Shown here one piece after another: positions 7,457 to 17,308 of a stretch of DNA of 42,281 bases; position 1 is the first letter of the stretch, and each line of letters begins with the position of its first letter. The notes under the pieces are model-generated. The model was not told the DNA's origin. It saw nothing but the letters and a program-made list of their open reading frames with translations, and made no database searches. The position numbers and the translations under genes were made by a program. The stretch comes from a virus (Duplodnaviria > Caudoviricetes). Location of the stretch: IMG/VR virus record IMGVR_UViG_3300027790_000042, positions 1-42,281 of that record. The stretch is one strand, 5' to 3'.

Positions 7457-8044
7457 TTACGGGGAGAAATTAGACTCAGCCGGTTTTTCCATGGCGTTTT
7501 CCAGTATCTCTCCCAACATCCGGAGGCGTAAAGTCTCGGATGTGTCCTCGCTTGTACTCCGGGTAGTCCGTTGTTCCCCCAACACCGCCAGCAGTGGGGA
7601 TAGTGTGTCTAGCGCGTTACTTAACTTTTCAAGTACCAGCTGCGTCTGGACCGTTGCCACGGCGTTCAAGAGGTCCGCTTGCCCAAGTGTGTCGGCCTCG
7701 TTATCTTTGGAGATACTGATTTCGCCGGAGTAGTCCGGGTTCCACTCATACCGCAAAGCGACGATATCATGGACCTCCACACCTGCCGGAACTCGGGACT
7801 TGTTACTGAACTCTGTCACCTGTCCGGACTCTATCACGTTCCCTTCCCTGTCGTAGGTGGGTGGTATCTCATCCCGGAATTTCAGATCCAGTTTGGTCAT
7901 CCCTCCCAAAGCCCCGTAAGGTGTCGCACACCCGGAGACCCCTACTAGGACGAGGAGTAACGAGAGGAATCCCCGTACGGGGGAACCTAGGGCGCTGCAA
8001 TTACGATTAATCCGGTACTTCTTCGACGTATGGTTGGTTCGCAT
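7457..8044 (-). CDS. Lipoprotein (possibly spanin-like lysis protein)
   Basis: Hydrophobic segment with lipobox FLSLLLVLVGVSG-C; overlaps the endolysin-like gene. Confidence 0.65.
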   Translation of the reverse strand: MRTNHTSKKYRINRNCSALGSPVRGFLSLLLVLVGVSGCATPYGALGGMTKLDLKFRDEIPPTYDREGNVIESGQVTEFSNKSRVPAGVEVHDIVALRYEWNPDYSGEISISKDNEADTLGQADLLNAVATVQTQLVLEKLSNALDTLSPLLAVLGEQRTTRSTSEDTSETLRLRMLGEILENAMEKPAESNFSP

Positions 8045-8672
8045 TGTCTTCATCTCCCTGTGGGTTGGTTTCGGTGGCTGTGGGCAGGAACCGTGCTCCC
8101 GCCTCTAGGTACATCGTAGGTGTGGCGGCTCCATCCTCTGTGTTGTAATGTGTCTTGGCGTATTGGGCCATCCCCTCTGGGGTCTCGGGAATGGCTCCGG
8201 GTTGCCGCATATAGTGAGTACGGCAAAAAATTGCGGCGAGAGTATCCCCGTCTTCGGTTTGCAGGAGTTCCAAGATACTTTGGCGTTGCGGGGAGACATA
8301 GTTCTCATCGTCTTTGTACTCCCGGAAGAGTACCCCGTGATTTTGAATGGAACGACTGAGTAGCATCCGGGTGGACAGTTCTGGGAGGAGGAGAAGGCAC
8401 CGGTCCCGTACCGCCTTATGGCGGGACAGCCATTCGAGGTTGTCCAGGATCGCCGCCCACTCGGACTGGAATAGTCCATAGGCTCCCCGTGTAAAGTTAC
8501 ACTTACCGAACCCACGCTGCCTCCGAAAAATAAATTTATCGGATTCGTGCGCAGCCGTCATAAACATAAGCGTCGCCGCCCGGATCGCATACTCCTCTCG
8601 GTCCGGGTGGAAGGCGTTGGCCACAGTGCGACACAGTGTATAAGTGTCTCGAATAATTTGTTTTGCGTACAT
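8007..8672 (-). CDS. Putative lysozyme-fold endolysin / lytic transglycosylase
   Basis: TAAHES (catalytic Glu), GAYGLFQ, FCRTHY, YAKTHYNT-x-x-G; located at the end of the late operon. Confidence 0.7.
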   Translation of the reverse strand: MYAKQIIRDTYTLCRTVANAFHPDREEYAIRAATLMFMTAAHESDKFIFRRQRGFGKCNFTRGAYGLFQSEWAAILDNLEWLSRHKAVRDRCLLLLPELSTRMLLSRSIQNHGVLFREYKDDENYVSPQRQSILELLQTEDGDTLAAIFCRTHYMRQPGAIPETPEGMAQYAKTHYNTEDGAATPTMYLEAGARFLPTATETNPQGDEDNANQPYVEEVPD

Positions 8673-8685
8673 GTGAGTCTCCAGA

Positions 8686-10014
8686 CTAGTCTGTGGGATC
8701 GGTGTAAGTACCGCACCCAGTAAGGCAGATAGGTAATAGGGTTGAATCCGTGTTTATGTTGATAAGGCTCGCTTTATGGACTTGTATCCCGTCGTCGTGG
8801 TTCGAGTATAGGGGTGGGTCTCCTCCGTCCGGTGTGTCGTCTAAAGTAGCAGTAATATCCACATACTGCGGAACCGGGGCTCCGTTCACAATACGTATTG
8901 TCCCGGACGCTGGTTCACATGTACCGTTAGCGGCTCCGGATAGAGTACGTCCGGACTGTCCACCTTCTACGAGTTCGGCGGTCCAAGAAAGGGTCTTCCC
9001 ATTCAATGCGGCGAGCACTGCGGTATTTGGGGAGTCTGCCGGGTCCGGTGTACCTCCTGTCACTGTACGAAGGCGGAACCAGAACCGTTTCGTGGATTGG
9101 GATTTCTCCCACCATCCGAACGGACAATATACTGCCGGGTCTGGCGTAGGGTGTCCGGGAGGTAATACACTTACCCGATCGCTCTGGTAGAATGAAGAAC
9201 CCTGTACATTATCCGCGTCTGAGAATCCCATACCTATATCACATGTAAAGGCTCCCGGGACGTTTCCACCCGCACTGACTCCCCATGAGATCTGATCGTA
9301 AGATTGTTTTCCATCGCGCCGCACCTCAGAAGTAATATACTTGTCGGTGTACCAGAGTCCCGTCGACTCCGTGTAGTCATACCCGGGACTAGGATTCAAC
9401 CCACCTGTCAGCACTACCGGAGGGTCCACCGGAGGGAGTGTAAGCGGAGGGAATTGCGGAGTGTATGTTTCTCCGCTGCCATAGTCGGTCCGCCACCCTG
9501 CCGCAACTGCGTACCCCCCGGACATCCAATCCAGCCATTCTCTAAGAATGACAATAATAGGTTCCCAGTCCTCCGGCTCCTTCCAATCTAGTCCAGACAA
9601 TTCACTCAGAAATACCGCACGGGTTCGTACCCCTGTCAACCCGGACCATGCCCAACGCTTACAGGTAGAAGGGTGAAGAATACCTCCGTTCGTGTATGAG
9701 GACACCGGGACCAGCATAGCCGCAATCTGGTCTATGCACGCCTCCAACGCTTTGGCGTTATGGTATACCGGACTCGTCGTAGGGTCCGAGTCGTAATCGT
9801 ATTCAGCCGGTTTTGTATCTATTGGAGCAACACCGAACGCGCCACCAGCGTCGAACCGTACTCCGGATAGGGCTTCTTTGCGGTCGTCTACCATTCGGCA
9901 CAATTGCGCAATTGCGCTTTTACCTCCACGGGCGTCGAAGGGACAGTCCAGGTCTTGCCAAGACTCTGGGAGTGGGTCGGTTAAAACATTCTCACCAAGA
10001 AAGCAGGAAGGCAC
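8686..10014 (-). CDS. Putative tail / receptor-binding protein
   Basis: Long G/T/P/D-rich ORF, last in the tail cluster; positional call only. Confidence 0.55.
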   Translation of the reverse strand: MPSCFLGENVLTDPLPESWQDLDCPFDARGGKSAIAQLCRMVDDRKEALSGVRFDAGGAFGVAPIDTKPAEYDYDSDPTTSPVYHNAKALEACIDQIAAMLVPVSSYTNGGILHPSTCKRWAWSGLTGVRTRAVFLSELSGLDWKEPEDWEPIIVILREWLDWMSGGYAVAAGWRTDYGSGETYTPQFPPLTLPPVDPPVVLTGGLNPSPGYDYTESTGLWYTDKYITSEVRRDGKQSYDQISWGVSAGGNVPGAFTCDIGMGFSDADNVQGSSFYQSDRVSVLPPGHPTPDPAVYCPFGWWEKSQSTKRFWFRLRTVTGGTPDPADSPNTAVLAALNGKTLSWTAELVEGGQSGRTLSGAANGTCEPASGTIRIVNGAPVPQYVDITATLDDTPDGGDPPLYSNHDDGIQVHKASLININTDSTLLPICLTGCGTYTDPTD

Positions 10015-10017
10015 TAT

Positions 10018-10902
10018 TTATTCCTCCTCGGGCTCTGCCGGCGTACCGGCTTTCGTTGTGTACAGGAATGGATACCAGCGAGTCAGTCCGGTACGTGTCC
10101 ACCACACTTTATTGTCTCCGGTGCCTACCTCTTCACTATCGTCTGGGTTGACTTCGTTAGTCCAGAACACCATACGGAACCGACCCGCTGTCGTCGGGAT
10201 CTCGGGAAGCGTGTACACTGTAGGACATGAAAATTGTCCCCGGGAGGCTTCCTCCGCTACAGACCCGGTACCACCTCCACCACCCAGAAGGACGAGTGCA
10301 TAGTGCCAGTTTAGCCATGGGTAGTCCACGGGCTCTTCCCATAATACGGTGTACCCGGGATCTTCGATCGACGGAGACGCGACGAAGTAGGAGTCGGACA
10401 GGGACCCGTTCGATACCACGGTTTTAGCGGTAAAGGCAGAAGGGTACAGGGGTTCCTCCACGGTCCCGAAATCGTACTGGGTTATGTCATGTATCACCTG
10501 TACCAAGACAGTCCCCATCACCCAACATTCTCCAGCGGTACCGGCTGGTATGTGGTCAAGTGGGACCACAGCCGGGTACAAGTAATCGTTTCCATTTTGT
10601 GGAGGGTAGATGTGGACTACCGGCTTATCAAAGATTCCGGGGTCGTCGTATCCATACGGAGCCCCATTCACCACAGCCGGTTGAAATGGAGACAAGTCCA
10701 CCTCCGACACGTTCTTTCCAATAATGCGGAGACCTTGCGGAGTCTGGGAGGGAGGGTCGGTCTTTTGCGCGGTTACTCCCTGCCTAGACGTGGTAAAGTT
10801 CACACCGTCTCCAGTGATATTCATTACCGCGTCGACACTCTCGGACAAGTTGTTTACATGCCGGGCGGAGAGGTGCTGTCCAGGTCTAAAGTTCTCAGCC
10901 AT
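10018..10902 (-). CDS. Putative minor tail protein
   Basis: N-term FRPGQHLSARHVNNL resembles tail-tip attachment segments; position after the hub-like gene. Confidence 0.6.
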   Translation of the reverse strand: MAENFRPGQHLSARHVNNLSESVDAVMNITGDGVNFTTSRQGVTAQKTDPPSQTPQGLRIIGKNVSEVDLSPFQPAVVNGAPYGYDDPGIFDKPVVHIYPPQNGNDYLYPAVVPLDHIPAGTAGECWVMGTVLVQVIHDITQYDFGTVEEPLYPSAFTAKTVVSNGSLSDSYFVASPSIEDPGYTVLWEEPVDYPWLNWHYALVLLGGGGGTGSVAEEASRGQFSCPTVYTLPEIPTTAGRFRMVFWTNEVNPDDSEEVGTGDNKVWWTRTGLTRWYPFLYTTKAGTPAEPEEE

Positions 10903-11755
10903 AAGGTCCTACCAATCCGAAGAGGTTGAAATTCGCATACTCGTACACTTGCGCGATGTGGATAGACTCGATGTCTCGTTTAACGCGGGTGACTCCATCT
11001 GAGGTGTTCGGCTGGTTGATATACTTAAACCACACATAATCCCAAGGTGCAGGGGTCATTTCGACTGTACTATCGTCGTATAGTTGAACAGTCTGGGTCC
11101 CTTGCCAACGACTAATTAGGAAATTGTATTCCACCACAATACGCCCATCGCTACGGCGGCGTATTTTAGCTCCGGTGAATAGTACCTCCCCGGGAGCGTA
11201 GTCAACCCAATACCCGGTGTTCACCGTTCCTCGCATACTCTCAAGCAGCAGCCGACCATTCGGGTCTATATACGGCCATGTCTTAGTCACAATCATAGAC
11301 GTGGCGGGACGGTACACTGACGCGCCCTCGGTCTTCTCTCCGTTCGCTCCGATGACAGTGCCGGTGTCTGCCGCAGCTGGCCAGTGTACTTGATAGGAGG
11401 AGTCCCGGACACTACCGATCGTCTCCTGCCGGGCAGCAATATCCCATTCCCATGTTTCATCGTTTGGAGTCACGCCGAGGGGCCATTCTTTATACGTGAC
11501 ATGGACCTTGCACTTACCTATCCCACGCTTGTCTGGCTCTATTGAGAGCCGGTCCACGTAAAGGAACGGCAGGGTAGGGTGCGGTGCATTGTGTACCCAG
11601 TACAGACCATCGTAAGGTATCAGAAACGAAATGATCCATTCTGGGGAGGAGGTCCCCACATGGAACGAGTGTGTGATCTCGGTACCTTCCGCGGTGCGTT
11701 GTACCCGTGGACTGTCGATGACCTCATCTACTAGTATTCCAAATATAAGTGACAT
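10895..11755 (-). CDS. Putative distal tail / hub protein
   Basis: Immediately follows the tape measure gene; beta-rich; GTVN...PGEVLFTGA motif. Confidence 0.6.
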   Translation of the reverse strand: MSLIFGILVDEVIDSPRVQRTAEGTEITHSFHVGTSSPEWIISFLIPYDGLYWVHNAPHPTLPFLYVDRLSIEPDKRGIGKCKVHVTYKEWPLGVTPNDETWEWDIAARQETIGSVRDSSYQVHWPAAADTGTVIGANGEKTEGASVYRPATSMIVTKTWPYIDPNGRLLLESMRGTVNTGYWVDYAPGEVLFTGAKIRRRSDGRIVVEYNFLISRWQGTQTVQLYDDSTVEMTPAPWDYVWFKYINQPNTSDGVTRVKRDIESIHIAQVYEYANFNLFGLVGPYG

Positions 11756-11764
11756 GTCATTCCT

Positions 11765-13378
11765 TTACGACGAAGTTAGTCCACCAGATTCCCGGGTGTT
11801 GCGTTCAATGAGTGTAAGGATGTCCGTTTGGTTCCGCTGTTCTTCGAGGGTACGTTCTTCTACACTACTACCCTTCGCAAAACCAAGCTGTTCCAGCACG
11901 CTTTGTCCTCCGAAGAATCCGTGGACTCCACGGGTAGGGGCGGCGATATTGGTGCTGTCGAATCCTATCCCGTCTCCCTGTGGTTCTGTAGGGGGAGAAC
12001 CGAACCCGGCGAACAACCCTTTTAGCTCTCCGACACGGTTCTTAATACTTTCCGAAAGAGATTCTTTAGCGGCGTCCGCTGCGTATAGTTCTTCGCTTAA
12101 ACGCCTGCGGTCCTCTCCCGCTTTGTACCGTCCCTCTCGGTACTCCTCGGACTTACGATTGCGTTCTGAAATCCGTTTATCTATTGCGCGGTTCTCGCCT
12201 AGGGAGTCATACTCAAAGAATATTCCTCCTTTGATTTTGTGGTATATTTGCATAACCCGGTCCAGACCGTTCAGTATCTTGGTAAGGACAAAGTCAAACC
12301 CGACCTGTATTCCCTCGAATGCGCTGAGGAACACATCCACCAGAAGGTCCGACATCCGGTTCCAGTGACCGGCGATAGAGTTGCTGCCTATTTTAATGTT
12401 GGAGAACAGCATACCGAACCCGGTGTCTACCAATCCTACGGCGTCTGCCAATCCTAGCAGTGCTATCACAATCAAAATTATCTGCCCGACTGGAGTAGCA
12501 ATTAGAGCAATCGTCGTAATAAGTCCACCGATACCGACTATGAGTCCAACGACGGTCTTAGCCATACTCACGAACTGATCTAGTAATTCGGGGTTCGTGT
12601 TTATAGCCTCCCGTATAGCCACCACATAGGCGGTCATTGTGGACAGTAGTTCTACAATATCGTCTGTCAACTCATGCCCTATTGCCGCCACTAGTCCGTC
12701 CACAGAAAGTTTAAGGCGCGCAAACCAATCCGTTACTACCTCTGCGCTTCTACTGGAGGCTTCCAGGTCTCCCCCTAGTAATGCCGCCTCCTCCCGCATC
12801 ATTTGCATACCTTCTGCCCCCTGCTGGAGGAGGGGGATCATCTGTACCCCGGCACGCCCGAACACTCGCATAGCCAGCGCCGCCTGTAACCCGGTGTCCG
12901 GTATATGCGACAAGGCTTCTACCAGCACAGAGAATCGTTCCTCTGGAGACATATTGAAAAGGTCTTGTATGGGTACCCCTAACGCTTCGAAGGCGTCTGT
13001 AGCCTCTTTCAGTCCTCGGGACCCGTCGTAGATTACCCGGTTCATACCCCGGATAGCCCGCTCCACGAACCCGGCGTTCGCTCCGGTCAATGTGAGGGCG
13101 TGTCCTATCTGGGCGTAGGCGTTGATTGTCAGTCCGGACCGCGCTGCGGACTTGGCGAGCTCATCTCCAAACTTGGCAAAAGATGTAATCAACCTACGGA
13201 TGGCCAAAGTTAAAACAGTCGCCGCAGCTGTCATAGCGAGGGACATGGTCGTGAATTGTCCCTTAAACCGCTGCATCATTCCGCGGGCTCTACGGAGTCC
13301 AGCAAGATACCGACTCTGGTCCAGGCGCAATCGTACGGCCGCTCCGCCCGCTATTACTTCGTTCGCTACTCCGGACAT
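11765..13378 (-). CDS. Tail tape measure protein (537 aa, short tail)
   Basis: Ala/Leu/Gly-rich helical sequence, AMRVFGRAGVQMIPLL motif, hydrophobic central stretch, canonical position. Confidence 0.85.
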   Translation of the reverse strand: MSGVANEVIAGGAAVRLRLDQSRYLAGLRRARGMMQRFKGQFTTMSLAMTAAATVLTLAIRRLITSFAKFGDELAKSAARSGLTINAYAQIGHALTLTGANAGFVERAIRGMNRVIYDGSRGLKEATDAFEALGVPIQDLFNMSPEERFSVLVEALSHIPDTGLQAALAMRVFGRAGVQMIPLLQQGAEGMQMMREEAALLGGDLEASSRSAEVVTDWFARLKLSVDGLVAAIGHELTDDIVELLSTMTAYVVAIREAINTNPELLDQFVSMAKTVVGLIVGIGGLITTIALIATPVGQIILIVIALLGLADAVGLVDTGFGMLFSNIKIGSNSIAGHWNRMSDLLVDVFLSAFEGIQVGFDFVLTKILNGLDRVMQIYHKIKGGIFFEYDSLGENRAIDKRISERNRKSEEYREGRYKAGEDRRRLSEELYAADAAKESLSESIKNRVGELKGLFAGFGSPPTEPQGDGIGFDSTNIAAPTRGVHGFFGGQSVLEQLGFAKGSSVEERTLEEQRNQTDILTLIERNTRESGGLTSS

Positions 13379-13655
13379 TATTTACCTCCGAACTTGTTCT
13401 CGTAAAGTTCTTTTGCTTGCCGGATTGACATACCCCGCCTACGATTTAATTTCTTTTTCTTGGCAAGTGTTATAGCGTTGTGATCGTCTGGCGTTGTCTT
13501 CGTCTTGCTTAACGAGTTGTTGATTATACTAAGCAACGACCCGGTGTGCATCCACTGGCGTTCCTGATTAATAACAGACAGCCGATACACCTGCCGAACT
13601 GTTAGTGGCGCGGTATCTGGTACTCCCGCAGACACTAACAGTTCGTAGATGTACT
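13378..13655 (-). CDS. Tail assembly chaperone extension (gpT-like), probably made by -1 frameshift from the upstream gene
   Basis: Open -1 frame overlapping the chaperone gene, no good independent start, stop coupled to the TMP ATG (TAATG). The start coordinate is approximate. Confidence 0.55.
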
Positions 13656-14051
13656 CTAAATCCCAACCTCCGGGGCCGGCTCCTGTGGTTTCGTCGGCTT
13701 CTTCACTCCCGGAGGTGTTGGAAGCTCCCCCAGAAGGTCTGAGGCCTCCGGAAAGCTCGCTACCAGAGATTCCATAAACGCTTGGAAAGCGTCCGGCAGA
13801 ATGTCTGGGGTGAGGATCTCCGCGAAGAACACGGACTCTTTTTTGATTCCGAAAATGTGGCCCGACGTGCGAGCCGTAAACCAAATCAACCGGATCAGCG
13901 AGGCGACATTCACTCGCATTTCCATAAGGTCGTCCAGGTTGATTTGGCAGGCGGTACACCCGTCGATAATCGCCGGAGTAGTAAGTTCCAGAAACCATAC
14001 CCGCCCTTCCTTGTCTACGAATGTTTGCTTTTTTCGTTCTTTCGTTTCCAT
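13656..14051 (-). CDS. Tail assembly chaperone (gpG-like)
   Basis: Between tube and TMP genes; GGAGG SD; FVDKEGRVWFLEL. Confidence 0.7.
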   Translation of the reverse strand: METKERKKQTFVDKEGRVWFLELTTPAIIDGCTACQINLDDLMEMRVNVASLIRLIWFTARTSGHIFGIKKESVFFAEILTPDILPDAFQAFMESLVASFPEASDLLGELPTPPGVKKPTKPQEPAPEVGI

Positions 14052-14095
14052 GATAATGTACCTCCCTAGATACTGTCACTGTTTTGTGCCTGTAG

Positions 14096-14479
14096 TTAGC
14101 TGAACGTGGGACGTCCCTGTCCGGACAGAGTAACGTCTACCGTTACGACTCCATTCAGTGGCTCCCGCCGGGAGAACCTGTGGATCTTACAGGACCCAGA
14201 AACGGCGTCGCCTTGGTCGTCCACCACACTGACCCCGGACAGGATTGACCCGGTGTCGAACGCGCTTTTCATAGTGTCGTACAGAGTGTCTCCCCCATGT
14301 TTCACCATAGAGAATGTCACGACCCAATTGCGGAGTCCGGCCGCAGTCGATTTCCACCCGTCATTATTCCGAGTGGTATCATCTACCTGTTCGGCGTCCA
14401 TATCGATATCGACGTCCTTGCAGTACTGCACCTCTGCTCCGACAGTAAGTGTTCCGTTGTAGCCCATTTCAGATGCCAT
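14096..14479 (-). CDS. Major tail tube protein
   Basis: DVDIDMDAEQVDDT, GWKSTAAGLRNW, VTVDVTLSGQG, typical of siphovirus tube proteins. Confidence 0.85.
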   Translation of the reverse strand: MASEMGYNGTLTVGAEVQYCKDVDIDMDAEQVDDTTRNNDGWKSTAAGLRNWVVTFSMVKHGGDTLYDTMKSAFDTGSILSGVSVVDDQGDAVSGSCKIHRFSRREPLNGVVTVDVTLSGQGRPTFS

Positions 14480-14482
14480 GGT

Positions 14483-14926
14483 CTAGTTCCTTTCTTTGGT
14501 TGCATCCAGATTTAGTGATATAGAGAACCCGGGAAATTCCCCTTGCTCGGTCAATTTCTTGGGTACACTTGTCGACGTGTTATTTACGGTCCAGTCCTCA
14601 GCGTTGAACCGCTTACCGTCTCCGCGCAGGAACAGGTCGTGTATATCCTGCGCGAGGTTTCTTAGAGACTTATCGCTGTCTAGTTGGTCTCCCCATACTT
14701 TGATCTCTACACTCATAAGTATCCCGACCTCGCCACGAGACGCGGAAGGGGAATCTTCGGTACCTCCATCCTGCATGACAGTTATCAGGGGACTCCCCGC
14801 GCTGTCTGGGGGAGGGTCCGTTAGGTGTACGGAGGGTCTTAGTGTTCCGTCTCCAAAGTCGAACGCCCCTAGGCGTACCGCCCAAGGCTGTTCGGCTATT
14901 AGGTCTCGTATTGCTTTCAAGATCAT
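14483..14926 (-). CDS. Tail terminator protein
   Basis: Size, position before the tube gene, PLITV and VEIKVW...LAQDIHDLF pattern. Confidence 0.65.
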   Translation of the reverse strand: MILKAIRDLIAEQPWAVRLGAFDFGDGTLRPSVHLTDPPPDSAGSPLITVMQDGGTEDSPSASRGEVGILMSVEIKVWGDQLDSDKSLRNLAQDIHDLFLRGDGKRFNAEDWTVNNTSTSVPKKLTEQGEFPGFSISLNLDATKERN

Positions 14927-15351
14927 TTCTTACTGTACCTCCCGTTCAGCATGGCTCCGGTCTGTGTCCGACCTAGAGGCATGTTCTGAAAATACTTGGC
15001 GAAGTTAGGCCGCATCCGAGTAAGCGCCGGGAGCATGAAAGGTCTTTTAGGGGTACCCTCCCCCAATTCGTGGCGCTTACCATAAATCTTAGTAGGGCCT
15101 ACTACCACCTCCAAACTACCATTGGCGGCATAAGTGACACTGCCAGCGAGTTCCCCGCTTTGTCTGTGCGGTGGGTCTCCCGGCTCGGACGGAATTTTCT
15201 CTACACCTCCACCCTTTTTCATACCCTCCTTCGCGAACCGTTCTACGTCTGCCGCCGCTAACAGGAGTGGTTTGATAGCAGCCTCCTCCATTACTTTTTC
15301 CATTCCACGGTAGTCGAAGTGAAAGTCTACGTCTACGTCATATGCGGCCAT
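14923..15351 (-). CDS. Tail completion protein (HK97 gp10-like)
   Basis: PSEPGDPPHRQSGELAGSV, YGKRHELG, PKRPFMLPAL. Confidence 0.8.
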   Translation of the reverse strand: MAAYDVDVDFHFDYRGMEKVMEEAAIKPLLLAAADVERFAKEGMKKGGGVEKIPSEPGDPPHRQSGELAGSVTYAANGSLEVVVGPTKIYGKRHELGEGTPKRPFMLPALTRMRPNFAKYFQNMPLGRTQTGAMLNGRYSKK

Positions 15352-17306
15352 TACAGAGTCCTCCGAACAGGACGCTTACGCGCTGTGCACTTTACTTTTT
15401 TATGTCGAGCACCATAGACCTGCTTCACCTCTCGTACCTCATACCATTGATAACTGTCCAGGTCGTCTCCGAAACCTGCCGCACGAACGTCGACCGGGTG
15501 GAGGGTAACCCCGCCAACACCGGGGATCTCCCGGTACAGCGCGCCCGAGAGGTCCGTAAAGGGTAACAATGTAATAGCGCCACGAGTGTTGAACCCATAC
15601 TGGAACGCCGAAGACATTGTCACGGAGGGGAGCTCGAACGCCCCAGAGATTCGCCATGTAGAACGACCTTCTCCGGATACCTCCAGCGCCGGGAGGGGGA
15701 CCGTACCTGCAGCCACTTTTACGATATGAGTAGCCCCGGAGAGTGTCACTGTACCAATTGAAAATGTTCCAGGAGCCTCGAATAGGGTTGGTACGAACCC
15801 ATCCACGGTGACCGCAGCCACATCGAAGGCCGCTACAGCCGTTTTAGCGTTAAGAGCGGCGCCAGACACCTCCACAGAGGGTACTTCGAATGCGCCAGAC
15901 ACCTCCTGTATCTCGATGTGAGAGGTTCTTCCGAGTACCCCGACACTTGGGAGGGTAATAGCGCCTGATCCCGTGTACGAGGTCGTGTAGGACGCCGCTC
16001 CGGACAATGTGACACTGCCAACCGTTAGGGCTCCGGACCCGGAGTGGGAATTATCCCGATCACTCGCTACACCAGACAGGGTGACCGCGCCCAGAGTGAG
16101 TGCGCCAGCGGCCTCTTCTGGGGGAGGGGTTGCGCTTGTCGCCCCGCTAAGTGTGACTGCGGATATATTGAAAGCGCCCGTTCCGGACTTGCTTACAGTC
16201 GCCACACCGTCCACTAGGAATGATTGCGCTTGTAAGAGTGTTAGTTCTCCGGTGGCGATAGAGTCTACATCGTACCCGGTCGCCGCTAGGGTGACCGCAC
16301 CTATCTCTATCACCCCCGCAGCGTCTCGAAGGGCTCCACCTCGTCCACGTACTGTGACCGCTGGGAATGTCATACCGCTGGTACCGGAGTATTCCCTGTT
16401 AGCGGTACCGGACAAGGTTACGGACCCGACCGTGAAAGCTCCTGCCGCCGTATCAAATAGTCCGGCGCTTCCGGAGAGTGTGACAGCGCCCACTTCAATT
16501 GCGGTAGAGGTTTCGCGTAGTACCGAGCCTGCGCCCGCTACAGTAATTGCGGGGAGGGATAAATCTGTATCCTCAATCAATCCAATATTGTGTGCGGCGT
16601 ACCCTTCTACAAGAATGTCCGGCAGGTTAAAAGATGCGGAGGTCTCTAGTGTCTGCTGTAGAAGTACGGTACCGTCTACCGTGACTGCTCCCGCAGTAAG
16701 TATTCCGGAGGTATGCCACCCTGTATTCGTAGCGCCATCTACTGTGACTGCTCCGATATCGAAAGCGCCCGTTGCTGTCTCGTCCGGAGCGGCCGCCGAG
16801 TAATACACTTTAACCCGGACAAGGTAGACACGGCACATGGTAGCCGCGCCACCGTCTCCAAGGAATTCAACAGCAACACCAAAGTTCGTAGCGATTATCT
16901 GGGCACGGGTGAGTCCGCCGGTCCCCCATACATCCGTAGCACCACCGAAGGTCCGTGTCACTACGGAAGAGTCCCCCCACTCGGTTCCTCCAGACGCTTT
17001 ATTAGTCCCGGTCTGCGTACCTCCTACAATGAGTTGAACTGTGGTGTCCCAACCCTCCGTCGGACCTCCGTCTTCCGTAGTCGCAGAAATTTCAATCTCT
17101 ACACCGTCAATGGTAGACCCGGAAGCAATAGCAGCAGCCAACTCAGTAGAAGCGTCCACTAATGCAGCGGTGTGACTATACTCCGCGTCCAAATCAGCGA
17201 ACGCATTAGTCCCGGAGTTGGTCAACATGTTGGTAAGACTTGACCAAGCAACATCGCCACCACTTTGCGAGGCGGAAGTGAACTCTATCCATCCGGTGTC
17301 TGCCAT
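15351..17306 (-). CDS. Fibre-like virion protein: N-terminal beta domain, ~20 repeats of ~21-24 aa, C-terminal head-closure-like peptide
   Basis: Repeat consensus G-x-F/L-x-h-x-A/S-V-T-L/V-S-G from ~aa 177 to 610; C-term WYEVREVKQVYGARHKKVKCT. Confidence 0.7.
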   Translation of the reverse strand: MADTGWIEFTSASQSGGDVAWSSLTNMLTNSGTNAFADLDAEYSHTAALVDASTELAAAIASGSTIDGVEIEISATTEDGGPTEGWDTTVQLIVGGTQTGTNKASGGTEWGDSSVVTRTFGGATDVWGTGGLTRAQIIATNFGVAVEFLGDGGAATMCRVYLVRVKVYYSAAAPDETATGAFDIGAVTVDGATNTGWHTSGILTAGAVTVDGTVLLQQTLETSASFNLPDILVEGYAAHNIGLIEDTDLSLPAITVAGAGSVLRETSTAIEVGAVTLSGSAGLFDTAAGAFTVGSVTLSGTANREYSGTSGMTFPAVTVRGRGGALRDAAGVIEIGAVTLAATGYDVDSIATGELTLLQAQSFLVDGVATVSKSGTGAFNISAVTLSGATSATPPPEEAAGALTLGAVTLSGVASDRDNSHSGSGALTVGSVTLSGAASYTTSYTGSGAITLPSVGVLGRTSHIEIQEVSGAFEVPSVEVSGAALNAKTAVAAFDVAAVTVDGFVPTLFEAPGTFSIGTVTLSGATHIVKVAAGTVPLPALEVSGEGRSTWRISGAFELPSVTMSSAFQYGFNTRGAITLLPFTDLSGALYREIPGVGGVTLHPVDVRAAGFGDDLDSYQWYEVREVKQVYGARHKKVKCTARKRPVRRTL

Positions 17307-17308
17307 GA

